Of a DNA stretch of 64,000 bases, positions 1-13,742 are shown one piece after another; position 1 is the first letter of the stretch; every line of letters begins with the position of its first letter. A program made the translations under genes and the position numbers. Source of the DNA: Camelus ferus (taxonomy: Eukaryota); assembly GCF_009834535.1 (NCBI RefSeq), contig NC_045696.1:51958001-52022000 (forward strand), in the 5' to 3' direction. The notes below the pieces were generated by a model. It ran no database searches. It was given only the letters and a program-made list of their open reading frames with translations, and was not told the origin of the DNA.

Positions 1-378
1 CAGTGATTTCCACTCCCCACCGCCCCCTTAAAAAAAAATAGGTTGTCCTACTGTCTAAAATATTTTCACCGTGAGCACATATTACTTAGGTGAGCAGGTG
101 AAAAAATTGGAACTTTCTTTTTGTTTTGCTTTAATCTTACGTTGTTAGTCTCAGTTAAAAATGTGACCCCTCTGGGAAACTTTTCCTGTTGCCTATGCTC
201 AGATCTAATCTAGGGTAGTACTCCTTACTCTGTCCTTCACAGAACCTTATCAAAGCCACATACTATTGTTCATTGTTTGTCTTCTCTACTTTATCCCTGG
301 AAGATTGACCCTATAACGTATCTACCTCTTGCACCTCTGGGTATCCTGAACTCATTAAAAAACCAAAAACACAAAACC

Positions 379-384
<6 letters not shown>

Positions 385-416
<32 letters not shown>

Positions 417-428
417 ATACACATACAC
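385..428. repeat. (CA)n microsatellite grading into (CATACA)n
   Basis: Direct reading of the sequence; explains the VYVYVCVCV run in ORF 291..590. Confidence 0.95.
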
Positions 429-1957
429 GAACAAGCTAAAAGATGAAAAAGAATGATCTTGGCGTTGATTGTGCACACAGTTTGGTCCTTGCAGGTGGCT
501 TATTTTCCCCCTTATGTTATGTGCAGGTCCCCATGAGAAAAGAGCTTCCCACAACAGGGAGAGTCCTGAACTGACTGGTCTGTTCCCCAAAGAAATTTAT
601 AAATGCATAAGAAATATATATATATTTATACACATACACATGCACACATTCATACATACATCCATATTATGAAATAATATGAATGCATTTGGAAGTCATG
701 GAGAATGCAATAGGCAATGTCTCAAAAACAAAGCATATTATTTTTGTTTATATTACTTCACATTTTATATTTAGTAATTTTATTCCCTTTCTATCCTAAT
801 ACATTATGTACTCTAATACATATTTCATGTAAGTGAAACTTTATTCACCATTTTACCCCTAGTTCCTAGAGGAAAGCATGGCACTAAACACACAATAAAT
901 ATATGTTGAAAAGAAGGGAAGGAAAGGGAAAACAGACACAGAAGCTCTCACAATATTTCTCATATTTCTCTGGAAATAATAAAGGGGGTGGGTGTCTCCA
1001 GTACTTTTCCAGGAAAACACGAGTCATCAGTGAAGTTGCAAGCTCTCCTCCTGTTCCTCAGACCAGCTACCAAATTCTTTTTTGCCCAAAATGTCTCTTC
1101 TAGCCTGTTGATACCCCATTTCTGGCACTGCTGAGACTTTGGAGCAGGGTCTTAGGCAGAAGCAGCGCAAGCCCCTGCCAACTAGGGAGGCTGCTGCTAT
1201 AGGTTCCAGCATTTCCTATAGGTCAGCTGAGGCCCCAGAGGGGCAGTGGAAAAAGACATGCGAGTCTTCGCAATGTCAGGTGCATTCACTTACACATGTC
1301 TTCTCCCCTCAAAAAGGATCCTGGTAACAAATCACTGAATGATGATGAGAGCAATGGAATAGAAGGCCCCCATGATATCTGCCATTCCAGGCCTGGGAGA
1401 TATAGACTCCTGCTGAGGGGAAGAAGGAAGAATCGACAATGGTTTCTTACATTTTGCAGCTTCAAAATTGTAGCAGGGTCCTATTAAATGAAATTGCTAT
1501 CAACAAGCATATACACATACTGATATAATACAATAGAAATCTTTAGTTTTACTCGACAGGAGAGTATGTGGTGATTCATACTTCTCCGAGTATGGAGAAG
1601 ACAGTATCTTAGTAGTAATAAATTATTCCAGATTGTGAATTTTTTCAGACAATGGTTGGACTTGTCCTTTTTCATCTTTGTATCACCCAGACCCAACATA
1701 CGACATAGCATATAGTATATCAACATATGGTGGCTAAAATATTAAAGAACATTTTTTGGCAATGGTGAGATATGGCTTGAAGGGTTCAAACAAACACAGA
1801 ATTCTTTTCTGAGCTCAATCTTCCAGTTTTATGAGCGAGCAATCATCACTTATTATTGTTTTGGTCAGTGTTAATATAATAAGCCCTCACCAACTGCGGT
1901 GTGGAAATCTTACCATTTTATGCTCAGACCCTAAAATTTTAAAGCCATGATTTTGAA

Positions 1958-2130
1958 AGTGTGGTTTTCAAGCTTTAGTGCGCATAACTAACCTGGGTAG
2001 CTTCCTAAATTGCAGATCCCCAGACTCCATCCTCAGAGCTTCTAATTCAGTAATTCCGGAATGAGACCCAAGGATCTTCATTTTGACAGGCACCCTAGGT
2101 AATTCTGGTACAGGTGGTCCTTGGGCTACT
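1958..2130. mobile_element. MER5A-like hAT-Charlie non-autonomous DNA transposon relic
   Basis: gtggttttcaagctttagtg...tgcagatccccagactccatcctcagagcttctaattcagta...caggcaccctaggtaattctggtacaggtggtcc resembles the recalled MER5A consensus. Confidence 0.75.
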
Positions 2131-5100
2131 TACTATGGCTTGGGTTACAAAGGCAATGTGAAAAGAAGCCTTTATGCTTCACCTTTTCAATATGGAGAAA
2201 AGACTGGCCTATTCAATGCAACTTAACCATCAAAACTACCTGCGAAAAGACCAGGCAGTTTGCTAAGACTTTTGAAAATGAACCAAGGGAGGACATAAGG
2301 GCAAGAAACATTAAATTTCAAGCCAGAAAGGATTCTTTTCTAAAACTTGACAAAGACTGACCATGTGCTTAAAGTAAAAGTAGAAGATGAAAGGCAGCAA
2401 TGGTTCATTAACAATTTTAGAGAGGCAATGTTGATTCAAGAGGTTTATTTGATAAAATATGTTTTAATGGCTATTATAAAAGTGGACGCCTTCTAAATCT
2501 TTTATTTACCATTAAACTACACACGTGTGTGTATATATATATTTATATAAAATAATTTTAGAAATGTCCTCCTCAAGTCCCTGCTTTCCAGGATCGTGGT
2601 CAGCCAACATTATTGCACTAACTGTAGCCCACCCCAACCCCCCGCCCCGAGGAGCTGCCGCTGCTTCTCCCCCAGCCTCTCGGCCTCTGCAGCCTGTAAC
2701 TGTTTCAGTGATTGTTGTCTCAGCACTGAGTTCTCTGAAAACTCAGTCTGATATTTTGCAAGAACTTTAGTAATAAATGAGAAAAATTATTTTACTATTC
2801 TTATGAATGCTGTAAATTGCATAACCTGTCATGATTTTCTCTTTGACTTAGCTGCATGAAAGTTCAAAGGCAAATATATAGCACTTCACCAAATGTAGTT
2901 TGTGTACCGACCTGACTCCATTTTTATATCCTTGCACTTGTTTATTGTTTTAATTTGTGTACCTTTCTTATCTACTTCTAATTTATTTATTCCACCATAT
3001 TATCTATTTCTTTTTCTTTTTCAGCCATTTTAATTCCCTGTTTGGATCTAGGTGGCAGAAATAAATGAGAAAAACAAAACAACACAAAAAAGTGTGTGTG
3101 TGTGTGTATTTTATATATCTATCAAACTCACCTAAAGTATAAAATAAGAGTAAGCCTCCTGTAATAATGAAAATATTTTGTAGTCTTTGGGTTAATAGAT
3201 TCATTTGATTATTTGCAGGATTGTAATTTAGGGAGGCATAAAATTAAAATACCACTATGAGAATATCCATATGAAATTGAACACAGGTATTTTCAGCACC
3301 AGATCATTAATTCTGATATCCTTCAGTTTGGAAAGCCAACTATAGCTGTGTCAAAATCTGCGTGTGCACTCTTTAGACTGTATAAAAAGAAAAACTCCTA
3401 AGCTTAATCAGCCTAACAAAGTGTATAATTCTAAAAATATTTTTTCTTTTAAAAATTGTATATGTATACATGTGATAATATATGTGCATATATTATTTAC
3501 TTATATGTGTTTTACATACATATGTATGTATATATCTTAGAATCTTAAACCAAACACTTCAGTTCTTTGCCTCCATTATCATTTTCTCTTAATTAAATAA
3601 TTTTCATTAAGCAACAAACAGTAGTAAGTCATCTCAACAATGAAACCTTATATTTCAGACTGGTTTTAGTCTATTTTCTGCATTTCCTCTGATAATGATC
3701 CAGGTAGTCTCAGACTGACTCTAGTAACAACTCAGGTAAGTTAGAGGAACTCTAATTGGACACTAGACATCCTAAAAATGATACTTTTCTTAATTTGTCC
3801 TTATATAACAACTTTGGGCTGAAATTATTATGTTTGGGACCCAAATAAGATTTTTGTTCTTGTATTAATTTCTGGATTTCATATCCTTTCAGATACCAAA
3901 GGAATATAGTACCACACTGGAATAACACCAAGTTACGCTCATTTTTCGCTCCCCCCACCCCAGCACAGACAACCAATAGCTGATTCATACTTGCATTACA
4001 TCACTATTGGATTACAGAAGCACTCTTTAGTCTGACCTCCACATGTCTCCTGCAACTCATTTGTAGATAGTCCAGAAGCAAGCAGCTGGATTTCATTTTT
4101 CTTCCAGCGGTCACCATTTTATAATGTTTCTCCAATTCACTGTGAGTTTCACTATTGACAAGTCAATCCAAAACTCCAAAAGGCATTTAAGTGTAGTGAG
4201 TTAAATAAGAAAGAAAATATTACCATTAACTTGCTATAGATTCATGTCACTCAATTACACTTTACCATTCACTCCCCATACATCAAAAGGTGTAATGATA
4301 CAGTTCTCCCACAGAAGACTAATGAAATACTTAGCAAAAGTAAGTGCTTACAAAACACGTTTTAAAAGAAAAGTGTTGTATTTTTTTTTTCAAATCTTGC
4401 ATAGAACTCTAGTTCAATTTTTGAGCCTTTCCAAGTCCTCATAATTCTGTGGTATTCATAATAAAGCAGGCAGATGGTTTAGTCTCTGAACATATGCTTT
4501 AAATGCCCCCTTTGCTATTTCAAAATAATGGACCAAATTGTGCCCTCAAATAGTCATAAGAAACTTTAAGAACGCTGCCTCTTGAAATTTGAGGGCAGAA
4601 TGTTATCCAGTGGGAATTAAACCTTTAAAAAATATATTTTCTAAATTTTCTTCTGAGCTCTGCTCAACATATTAAGAAAAACTATTTTTTAATAAAATAG
4701 GATATAGAAAGGAAAAATCCTAACCAGCACAATATTGCCAGGTTCAAGGAGTAGATTAGAAGGTGAAATATAAGTTTTATATATTTATATTTTAAAATTC
4801 TGACTCTCTAAAACCTTACGAGAGTCATCTGATTTAATTTTTGAGTGATTGCCAGACTTTCCATTTTTATTATTATTCCTATTATTATTCCTATCATGTA
4901 GATGTTTTATTGTTAAAGCACTTTGCAATTATTAATTAGTTAATTTAGTTTAAATTATATTTATGCCTTTGTTTTACATCCATGTTATTCATAGTTATTA
5001 CAATCCTAAAATGCTATTTCACCAGCCAATTATTCTCATTTCGAAAACAGTTTGTTGTCGATGAAAGCACATTTTTCAGGTTTTCACAGAATATGAAATT

Positions 5101-6059
5101 CATCCTCAGTGGATGTTAGTATTTTGATAATGTTGTTCATGTAACTTATCTATATTTAGGAGAATATCTCTGTTTCTTAATGTCTACATTTTATACATAG
5201 AATGAGAGCCTTCATTTCTACACTTATTTTTTATGTATTTAAATTTGGTTATAAAAAAGTCTCTAAACTAGTCTCACTTATCTTAAAATGTCCACAAAAC
5301 TCAGTAGTCTGACCAACACTTCAGACAAAAAGACCACACAATTGACAACAAGGACACTTTGCTTTTTACAGAAGCCTGAAGTTTAAGTAACTATTCAAGA
5401 ATTGTTATGTCCCTTTAGAAATTCTGAACAAGGACTAGCTTGGTGCTAATGTAAAACAGAGTTTACTCCAAAAAATAAACGCAATAGTTGTACCCAAATG
5501 TGTTTGTGATACTGTTAAGATAGGTTATAATTAACAATATTGAGAATAACTGAAGAGCCTTAAATCAAGCGATAATTTTATACATATATCCACAAATATC
5601 TGAGCAAAGTTTATAACTACTGTTGGGGCAAAACATTAACATACTCTTCTGCTGATAAAAATCACAAAGTAACTGAGAAATCCTCCCTCCTTCTCATTTC
5701 TCTAACTTTCACAATAAATGCAGCACCGAAACTAAACTCTTAGTCAATGTAGAAATACGCCGAGCAGTATTCCAATAAACAACAAATTGATTTTAAAAAA
5801 CCCCACCAGATTAATAATATCCCCAATCTTTCCCTTGCTTCCCCTTGTTCTTTCACTTTCCATGCACACACAATCACACTTACCTGCACAAGCCTGAAAC
5901 ATCAGTCTATGTAATTTTTTTGAAATGTACTCTGTACCGATGCATTTTTCTGTGTTTCTTTCTAACCCTCGGGAATGCTAAGAATTTAGGAAGACAGCCA
6001 CAGCTTAAGAGAGCAATTATTTGCCAGTAAATACTCAATTTGCTTGTCCTGTGATTTTT

Positions 6060-6345
6060 CTTCTAACTTGCACATTCAATAATCCGTCCCTGACTGCGTC
6101 ACCAGCACAAAAAGTCTTTTCTCCAAAGGAGAACACTTTCGCCAATCAACCTTCAGCCATGCCAGGGCACAGCTCGTCGGGGTGATTTGCTAGCTTTAAT
6201 TAATAATTCCTCACGCTGGCCATTTTAACAAATAACACAGTGAGACTGGGACGCTAGATGGCTATGATTCAGGCCGATAAAACTACAGTGGAAAAGAGGT
6301 GGGGAGGGGTGTGTGGGGGGAATTCAGACGCCGTTTATAAACACC
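6060..6345. promoter_or_regulatory. Candidate promoter/enhancer (unique, CpG-retaining)
   Basis: GCCAATCA at 6141, TTAATTAA at ~6196, GGGGAGGGG at 6301, TATAAA at 6336; more CpGs than the flanks; no recognisable repeat. Confidence 0.35.
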
Positions 6346-7204
6346 TCTAATCATACTCTTTCAGTTTACAATATAGAGGACATCTCAGCTGAATTACCAT
6401 GTTATGTCCACCAATTTGTATTCAGATGGGAGCCATATGTTCCTTCACTTTATCTGCTAAGGCCTCCTCGGTGCCAACACAGTCATCGGGCAGACAACAT
6501 TTACAAAAGAGGTCCCTAGCCTCCAGATTGCAAAAGTTTACTGCAGGGTGAAGTTGAGAAATCAGACATATACGGCACTTCTCAGTGAGCCTGTGTAACA
6601 GTCTAGAAACACAGAGGTAAGAATTATGAGTGTCAGATTTACTCTTACCCTGCCGTCTGATACTGGGCATTTCATTTCGTCTTTAAAAAAAAATCTTATA
6701 CCTCACCCTCAAAACAGTTAACAATAATGCTGATTTGTTTATTCCACAAACATTTATTGAATCCCAACTATACGCCAAACACCATATTAAATGCTGAGAA
6801 CTTTTTGAAAGTAAGACTTTTCCAGCTAATTGCCACAATCCATGTATTTATTATGTAACAAACAGATAATGTGCTTGAACAAAGCCACCAAACAGGTAGC
6901 TTGTGAGTAAAAATAAGGATTCATAACACTGTCTGTATGGTTCAGCCAAGCAATCAGTACTTGACAGTCCACCTGAGTCCACATGCAAAAGTGATGTTCA
7001 AAATAAAAACAAAGAATAAAAATAGATTAAAAATAAGTTTTTTCAAAGATTAGAAAATTTCCCTTAAAGCGACTTGGGTACTTAGAGGTATATCAGTCTG
7101 TTCATAGGCAGTTTTAAAAGGTTCACAAGCACTTGAAGAACATGCAAAGATATAGGAAATTTTACTTATGACCTTCTCCAGTGTGTTTATGTCTATGACT
7201 GCAA

Positions 7205-7500
7205 GTTCATTAATTTATTGGAGATTTACTTATTGAGCACTTACTCTATCCTAGGAACTGAATAATACTGAGTATCCAGAGATAAATAAAGCATAACCCT
7301 TGTCTTCAAGAAGCTCACAGTTTAGCCACCAGACTCTGAAAGGGAAAATCTAACCAGAATACTGTAATACAATACAGCAAGAGCAATGCCACAAATATAA
7401 AAGTACGAGGCAGGGCTTGTAGAAGTGATTCATGGACTGTTTCTAAATGTAGAATAGAAATTTCACTGGTAGGAAGGACATTATAGGGAGAGACAAACCT
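7205..7500 (-). mobile_element. L2 LINE 3' fragment
   Basis: ttattgagcacttactctat...aataaagcataacccttgtcttcaagaagctcacagtttag is the typical reverse-complemented L2 3' end. Confidence 0.7.
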
Positions 7501-8265
7501 TTGAACCCTTTCTAAAACTTCTGCTAGAATTAGACTGTCAGTTAGAAACGATGGTATTTAAAGCATTATAATTTCAGACACACAGTAATAATAAATATTT
7601 CAGGATTTGAAAATGAATTTCTTATGGGAAAAAGTCTCCCCCAAAGTTTAATATATTGACATCATCAGAAAAATAAGCAGCTTCTCCAGAACTGGTACAA
7701 ACAGTGACAATATATATGCCATTCTTACTTTCAGTCTATTTCGGTTGTCTTAGGCAAATAGGAAGCATTCATAACACTCACTGACTTTTTGCTTTTTCCA
7801 GCCCATGTATCTTATTTTACTATGGACATACTTGTACAGCTTCTATTTTCATTGTACCATAAGATAAATCATAACTGCATGACCATTAAAGGAAGGGAAA
7901 AACCTATATCCATTTAGCGGTCACAAGTATAACTAGCCAGACAGTACAGGCTGCACAGTACTAAGGGCGAAAATATTGAGGAAAAGAAATGATAACCCAA
8001 TTCCCCAAAAAAGGCTGTTTTAGAGTTAGTAAACGCTCCTGCAAATTGCATAGAGTTCTTAATGACACTGAACATTCTGTTTTATATTAAACTCAACAGT
8101 GAGGCAGCCACCAGAATACAACATTTACCATAAATCAGTTAACAACTAGCCAATTTGAAGCACTGATACAATTTATTAATTTATTCAAAACATATGTATT
8201 GAGTTCCTGATATGTACCAACTGCTTATCAGTTTCTGTTTGATTTTTATTTCTGTGATGCTCCTA

Positions 8266-8400
8266 TATAATAAGTTTACAGTTTATTGAGTGCTTACCAT
8301 ATGCTAGGAACCGATCTAAGAACTTTACATATATTATCTCATTTAATCCTCACAATGATATTATGAGGTAGATACTATTACCATTTTAATTTAACAGAAA
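8266..8400 (-). mobile_element. MIR SINE fragment
   Basis: tttattgagtgcttaccatatgctagg...ctttacatatattatctcatttaatcctcacaa...atgaggtagatactatta matches the MIR core. Confidence 0.85.
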
Positions 8401-8829
8401 CTCACAATCACAAATGGTGAATACGAATATGTACTGTGTGGATTCATTCTAAATAATGAGACCAGAGTCACTAATACTCACCAAAATCAATTCCATTACT
8501 TTATAGGTACCTAGTCACACATAATGTTTATGTTATTATTTTTAATTTAGCAAAATTAAGGTTTTGAGGTTGATTGGAGAATTAAGTGAAAATCCTATAT
8601 CGAATGAGAGGCATGTCTCACAAAATAAGACTGGAAAATAGCGTTTATGTTATCAACAGGCTAGTTGGCTGTCCTGGGAGACAAACTGGCAATTAGCTTG
8701 AGCTGGGCGTGTTTTAGATGATAAAAACCGGCACCACAGAACTACATGTTATGGTAGCCCCGTTCTCCCTTATGAAAACTGCATAGACTCTTAGAAGGTA
8801 TCAGAATCCTCTACATCTTTAGAAGCAGG

Positions 8830-9050
8830 AGACAGTGGTTTAAAAAGTGAGCAAGACTTTGAGTTAGAAAGGCTTAGGTTTGAATTCTAGCTTGGCCACT
8901 TACTAGCTGTATATCCTCTGCCAATTAATCAGGTTCTCTGAGGCTCAGTCCTCTTATCTCTAAAACGGTTTGTTGTGAAAATTAAAGGAGATAATATACC
9001 TTGGAGACACAGCATAGAAATTAGCCCAGAATAGGTGCACAATATATGGC
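8830..9050 (+). mobile_element. MIR SINE
   Basis: gactttgagttagaaaggcttaggtttgaattctagcttggccacttactagctgt...ctctgaggctcagtcctcttatctctaaaac is MIR-like. Confidence 0.8.
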
Positions 9051-12000
9051 ATTTGAAGCATTCAGAGTTAAAGCTTATCATACACAACTAAAATTTACTG
9101 TCTCTGGACCAAATGACACATGTATTTTCTAAGTCTGTTTAGACAATAAATTTGAATAAGCCTTAGCTAAGGCAACTTGGACTTGGTAGTCTGGTAGAAT
9201 TTCCTTTGACAATGTTAATGATATACCCCAAACAGCTGTGTTTAAGAAAACAGAGCTAACCCACAAAGTAGAGATAGATGACACTAGAATTTACCAGTTA
9301 ATAATGGGAAAAAAATCTTATTTTCCAAGTGATTAATACAATGTTACATTTTATTTAGAGGAGTTGGAAAAGCTTATTTGGAACTCACTGGGGAAGCCCA
9401 CTCAGTACAGTCCCAGGCTCTCCCTGGATAACCTGATGCTGCTAACTTTGCTAACTACCAACTAACCATCAGCATCTCCAAGAATAGGCACGCAGATGCC
9501 CTCTCCACATACTTTCTTCTTTCTTGACCTTGATTTAGTCCAGTTATCTCCAGTTCTTGATCTGAAGCATGGAGTAAATATTAGTGGAACACACATTTAC
9601 TGAAAGCTGGTTGTAGGTGAAATGGGGTATTTCTTCATGGAGGGGCCGTTGGAGGGGTTTCATGAAGGCTCTTATCATTTACTTGAATACGTATGTAAGG
9701 TTTTTCCTTGGAGGATTCCTTTGGGATTAGGGACTGACTAGACCCTCCATTTTTGGTTCTTATTCTATGGCCTCTGGCTGAGATCAGCAGATGGGGAAAT
9801 ACAGATCAATTAATGAGCACAGGGACTGTCTGAGCCACAGCAGCCTGAATGGGAGCTCCTGGGCAGCTGGAGCTTTCTAGAATCTGCTTATTTCTCAGCT
9901 GGAAATCCTAATTGGCAGAAAGTAGAGTATAGAAGACTACTTCATGTACTCTTTCCCTGAATGCCTGGATTGGTGACAATGACTTAGTAAAATTTTGGCC
10001 AGGTTGGGTCTCTCCTTCCTTATTAACTGCCTGATTCTCCAGACTTATACAGGGAAATTTAATCTTCTAGTTAAAAATGATGACTAGCAGGAAGTATTAC
10101 AGAAATATTTCAAAGCAAATGCTATTTTTAAAAACATTTTCCCAAATAAATTCTATATACTTTAGTTTCCAAACGTGCATTTTTATATACGTATATAAAT
10201 ACTTTAACAAAGGGATAACTAGATAGTGAAGGAGGGGAAAGGTGATTTAATTTCAGCTTCAAATTTAGAATTCTGCCTAACAAGAATTTTAGAAATATTC
10301 AGAAATTTTTAAGTGGTGATTAATATATTTGGCTATACTAGGTTGAGATTAAAAACCTTATATTTCTCAACAGGTCTTTGTCCTTAGAGGCATTGCTTTC
10401 TCAGTGAAGGTCTCCAACCTTTACAAATGTGAAAAGGAGAAAAACATTTCTTGTCAGAAAATTAGTTATGGCTAGTTCACAGAGTGAAGTAGTCCAAGAT
10501 CTTATCAGCTTTCCTGTGACCTCGCTATGTGACTGCTACAAGTCATTTCATATTCCTTTCTGTCTCAGTTTTCTGTCTCCTTGTCTACAATACCTAAATG
10601 ATATTATCAAGATAATGTGGGGAAAATATTTAATCATTTCACAGAGCTTATGCTAAAGTCCTAAATCTCAGAGTATCCAAATGATACAACCAGAATCAAA
10701 TGGGTAGAATGACACTAACGCACTGGATAATCTTAAATAATAAAGTTAGCACCTCACTTTCTCACTTTTTTTAGCTATAAAATGGGCATAGTCATGTTTA
10801 CATTTTTTTTTTAATCAGGTAGTGTACTGGAATGGAGAGACTATTGCATAATCCATTAAAACTTTTCAACAAAATTCCATATAATATAAAAAAAATGACC
10901 AATATAATCAAGCCACCAGTTGATTTTCAAATATATTAGATGAATTGATTTTAAAATATCAAGGCATAAGATGAAGTCAATGTTTCTAAGCATATTTAGA
11001 TATTTATGAAGGAAGACTATTTCTAAAATGGGGAGCAATACTGTCTTATATATTTGTGTGGCTGGCTGCATTTTATGGTGGATCCAAGACCCCAGTAATG
11101 AGAAAGGTGAATCGAGGAAAGTGATTTTTAGCAGACTGTTGAATGATATATAAAATAAAATGTATTCACTAATGGGTTGGCAGAAATGTTATACATGTGC
11201 TTTTAGAACCAGAACTGTTTAGCCTTTCATACTTGGCAGAGCTGTGTTCCTAAAGTGTCCCCTCACAACCTCTTCCCATCTCTCATTGTTTTGGTCCTAT
11301 AGTGTCAGGTGGGAGTAATGACAAAAGGGAAGGGCAAAACAAACAGAGGCAGTCACTGTGGCAGGAGCCACTCCAAAGATCAAAGAGCCGATTTGGTGAT
11401 GGCTGCCAAAATTGAAACCACAGTGGGTGTCTCATCACCATGATGCCCTGAGAATCACATGGACCATTCCTGGTAGGTCGGCACTTGGGGATTCAGGCCC
11501 CTCATCCTGCTTGGGAGGACTACCTGCTAAGAACTGAATGTGCACATTTCCTTACCCACTCACAGCATCTGATTTCAACACAATTCTGCACTACCATTAT
11601 GTCTGTTGAATGATCTCACTGTGATAGACACTATACAAATCACACAAAAGCATAATTTGGTCCGATCAGATATCATACCTTACAAGAGTCTACACAGAAC
11701 TCTGATTATCCAATTCTAGTGGGCAAAATCTTGAGCATCTAGTAGACAAGATAGTTCAATTTCTAATATTTTAATCAGATACATCACTCTAATTTACATA
11801 CCTGTCATGTTAACACACTATTACCTCTATTACTCAGCCTTCTCATATTCACTTATAAGTCTATCTTGATTTAACATGGTCAAGAGCCCAGAAAAGAGAA
11901 AAAAGAACCCTTAAGGAACTAAAAAGATGCTATAAAGCACACATGATTGCCCAAACTTATCTTTATTCATCAGTGAGACTTTATCTTGGAACTGGTATAT

Positions 12001-12257
12001 TCTTCCTTAAAACACAGTAGCATCAGTTAATTGGGCTCACCATTCATGTTAGATGGAAAGACAGTTGCAGAAGAAAGCACAATGGTAACTGTAAGAAATT
12101 ACCACTCTGTATCTCAGAATGAAAAGGAAACAGAGGAGGCGGGGGAAGGATAAAGTATCCAAGGCTGAGAATTATGTAGAGCTTATGAACATGTCTATAA
12201 CTGAGTCCCATAGAAATCAATGTGGTAGAGCCTTACACAAAAAAAGATATTCATAAT

Positions 12258-12722
12258 TGTTGTGAGTTGAATTGTGTCCCCTCAAAATTCATATGTTGAA
12301 GCTCTAATCCCCCAGTACCTCAGAATGTGACCTTATTTGGAAATAGGGTCATTGCAGATATAATTAGTTAAGATGAGGTTATACTGGAGTAGAATGGACC
12401 CCGATCCAATATGACTGGTGGTCTTATAAAAACGGGGAATTTGGACACAGACATGCACACAGGGAGAACGATACCTGAAGATAACGGCAAAGATCAGAGA
12501 GATACTTCCACAAGCCAAAGAACCCCAAAGATTGCTAGCAAACAATCAGAAGTCAGGCAAGAGACATGGAACTGATTTTTCTCACAACCATCAGAAGAAA
12601 CCAACCCTGCTTATACTTTGATCTAAGTCTTCCAGCTGCCAGAACCCTGACACAATATATTTATATTGTTTAAGGCATCCAGTTTGTGGCATTTTGCTAC
12701 AGCAGCCTAGGAAACTCATACA
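12258..12722 (+). mobile_element. ERVL-MaLR solo LTR, MLT1B/MLT1C-like, full length
   Basis: TG...CA termini (tgttgtgagttgaattgtgtcccc ... gcagcctaggaaactcataca); internal cccagtacctcagaatgtgaccttatttggaaataggg; degenerate 5-bp TSD ATAAT/ACAAT. Confidence 0.92.
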
Positions 12723-13659
12723 ACAATGATGATCAGAGGATCATTATATAAAGATTAAATTATGTTCATAATACCTTGCTTAAGAAGGTTGAAAAATATA
12801 AGATTCACTGCAGGAAAGGTGTCATTGATATGCTTTAAGTAAATAAACCATTCGATATTTGAGTGGCATCTAGATGATTAACATACATGAAACAAACAGC
12901 TTTCAATTTTTGCCTATGCAATGAGATGGTGCCTCTTTACCAAAAAGATAAAGTGATACGCACTCTATAGAAGACACCGAAGAGGCCTCAACCTCTAAGA
13001 AAAGCATTTTGACTAACAAGGCAAATAAATATGAACTTATTTTTACTTATTTGTTTAAGATACATACATAGACTAATGAGGTTAGAATGGTTACCAAGAG
13101 AAATTATTGGTAGAGAAGAGGCTGCCTACTTAGAAGTATTAAGAAATGAGATTTGAGTTTAGGTCAAAACTGAGAGACGTTCATCCAGATGAGAAGTTAC
13201 AGACAATTCTAAGCATCAGGAATACAGGAGGAAAGTAAGAAGACTAAGGCAAAGCAAGAGTATGAAGGAAGGGGTAAAACAGCAGTGGAGAAAAAAGTGA
13301 GAGAAAGTAGCTGGTATTGAGAGTAAAAAAAAATCTGTACTAGGCACAGACAATGACAAAAAGTCTTGTAGATGGCAAGGAGGACAAGAGAGGGTAGTAT
13401 TCCTGTGTTCTAAACAAGAAGAGAGTAAAAAACATCTAGTGTAAGAACTACGCTCTCTTTAAAACTAGTGCTCTGAGTGCTTTTGTGTGAAAAAGAAAAC
13501 ATGTACCTTGATTTTTCTTTAAAAAGATTCAATAGTGAAATGGAAAATCTTTTTTTCTTTAAGTATAAGCTAAGCAGTTATGGCAGGTAGGTCAAGGAAG
13601 AAATACTTCATGGAACAGGAAGCCATAACTTTATACAATATGTTCTCTGGAGAAGTTAC

Positions 13660-13742
13660 AAAAAAAAGAAGAGAAAAGAAAAAGAAAGAAAAGAAGAGAA
13701 AAAGAAAAGAAAAGAAGAAAGAAGGAAAGAAAGAAAAAGGAC
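13660..13742. repeat. A/G-rich polypurine simple repeat
   Basis: Degenerate GAAA/GAAAA run; source of the K/E-rich and F/S-rich spurious ORFs. Confidence 0.9.

Noticed and set aside
2612..2790. Minus-strand open frame with a coiled-coil-like peptide (LRQQSLKQLQAAEAERLGEKQRQLL)
   Set aside because: No ATG, bounded by stops and lacking convincing splice sites; explained by local GC richness.
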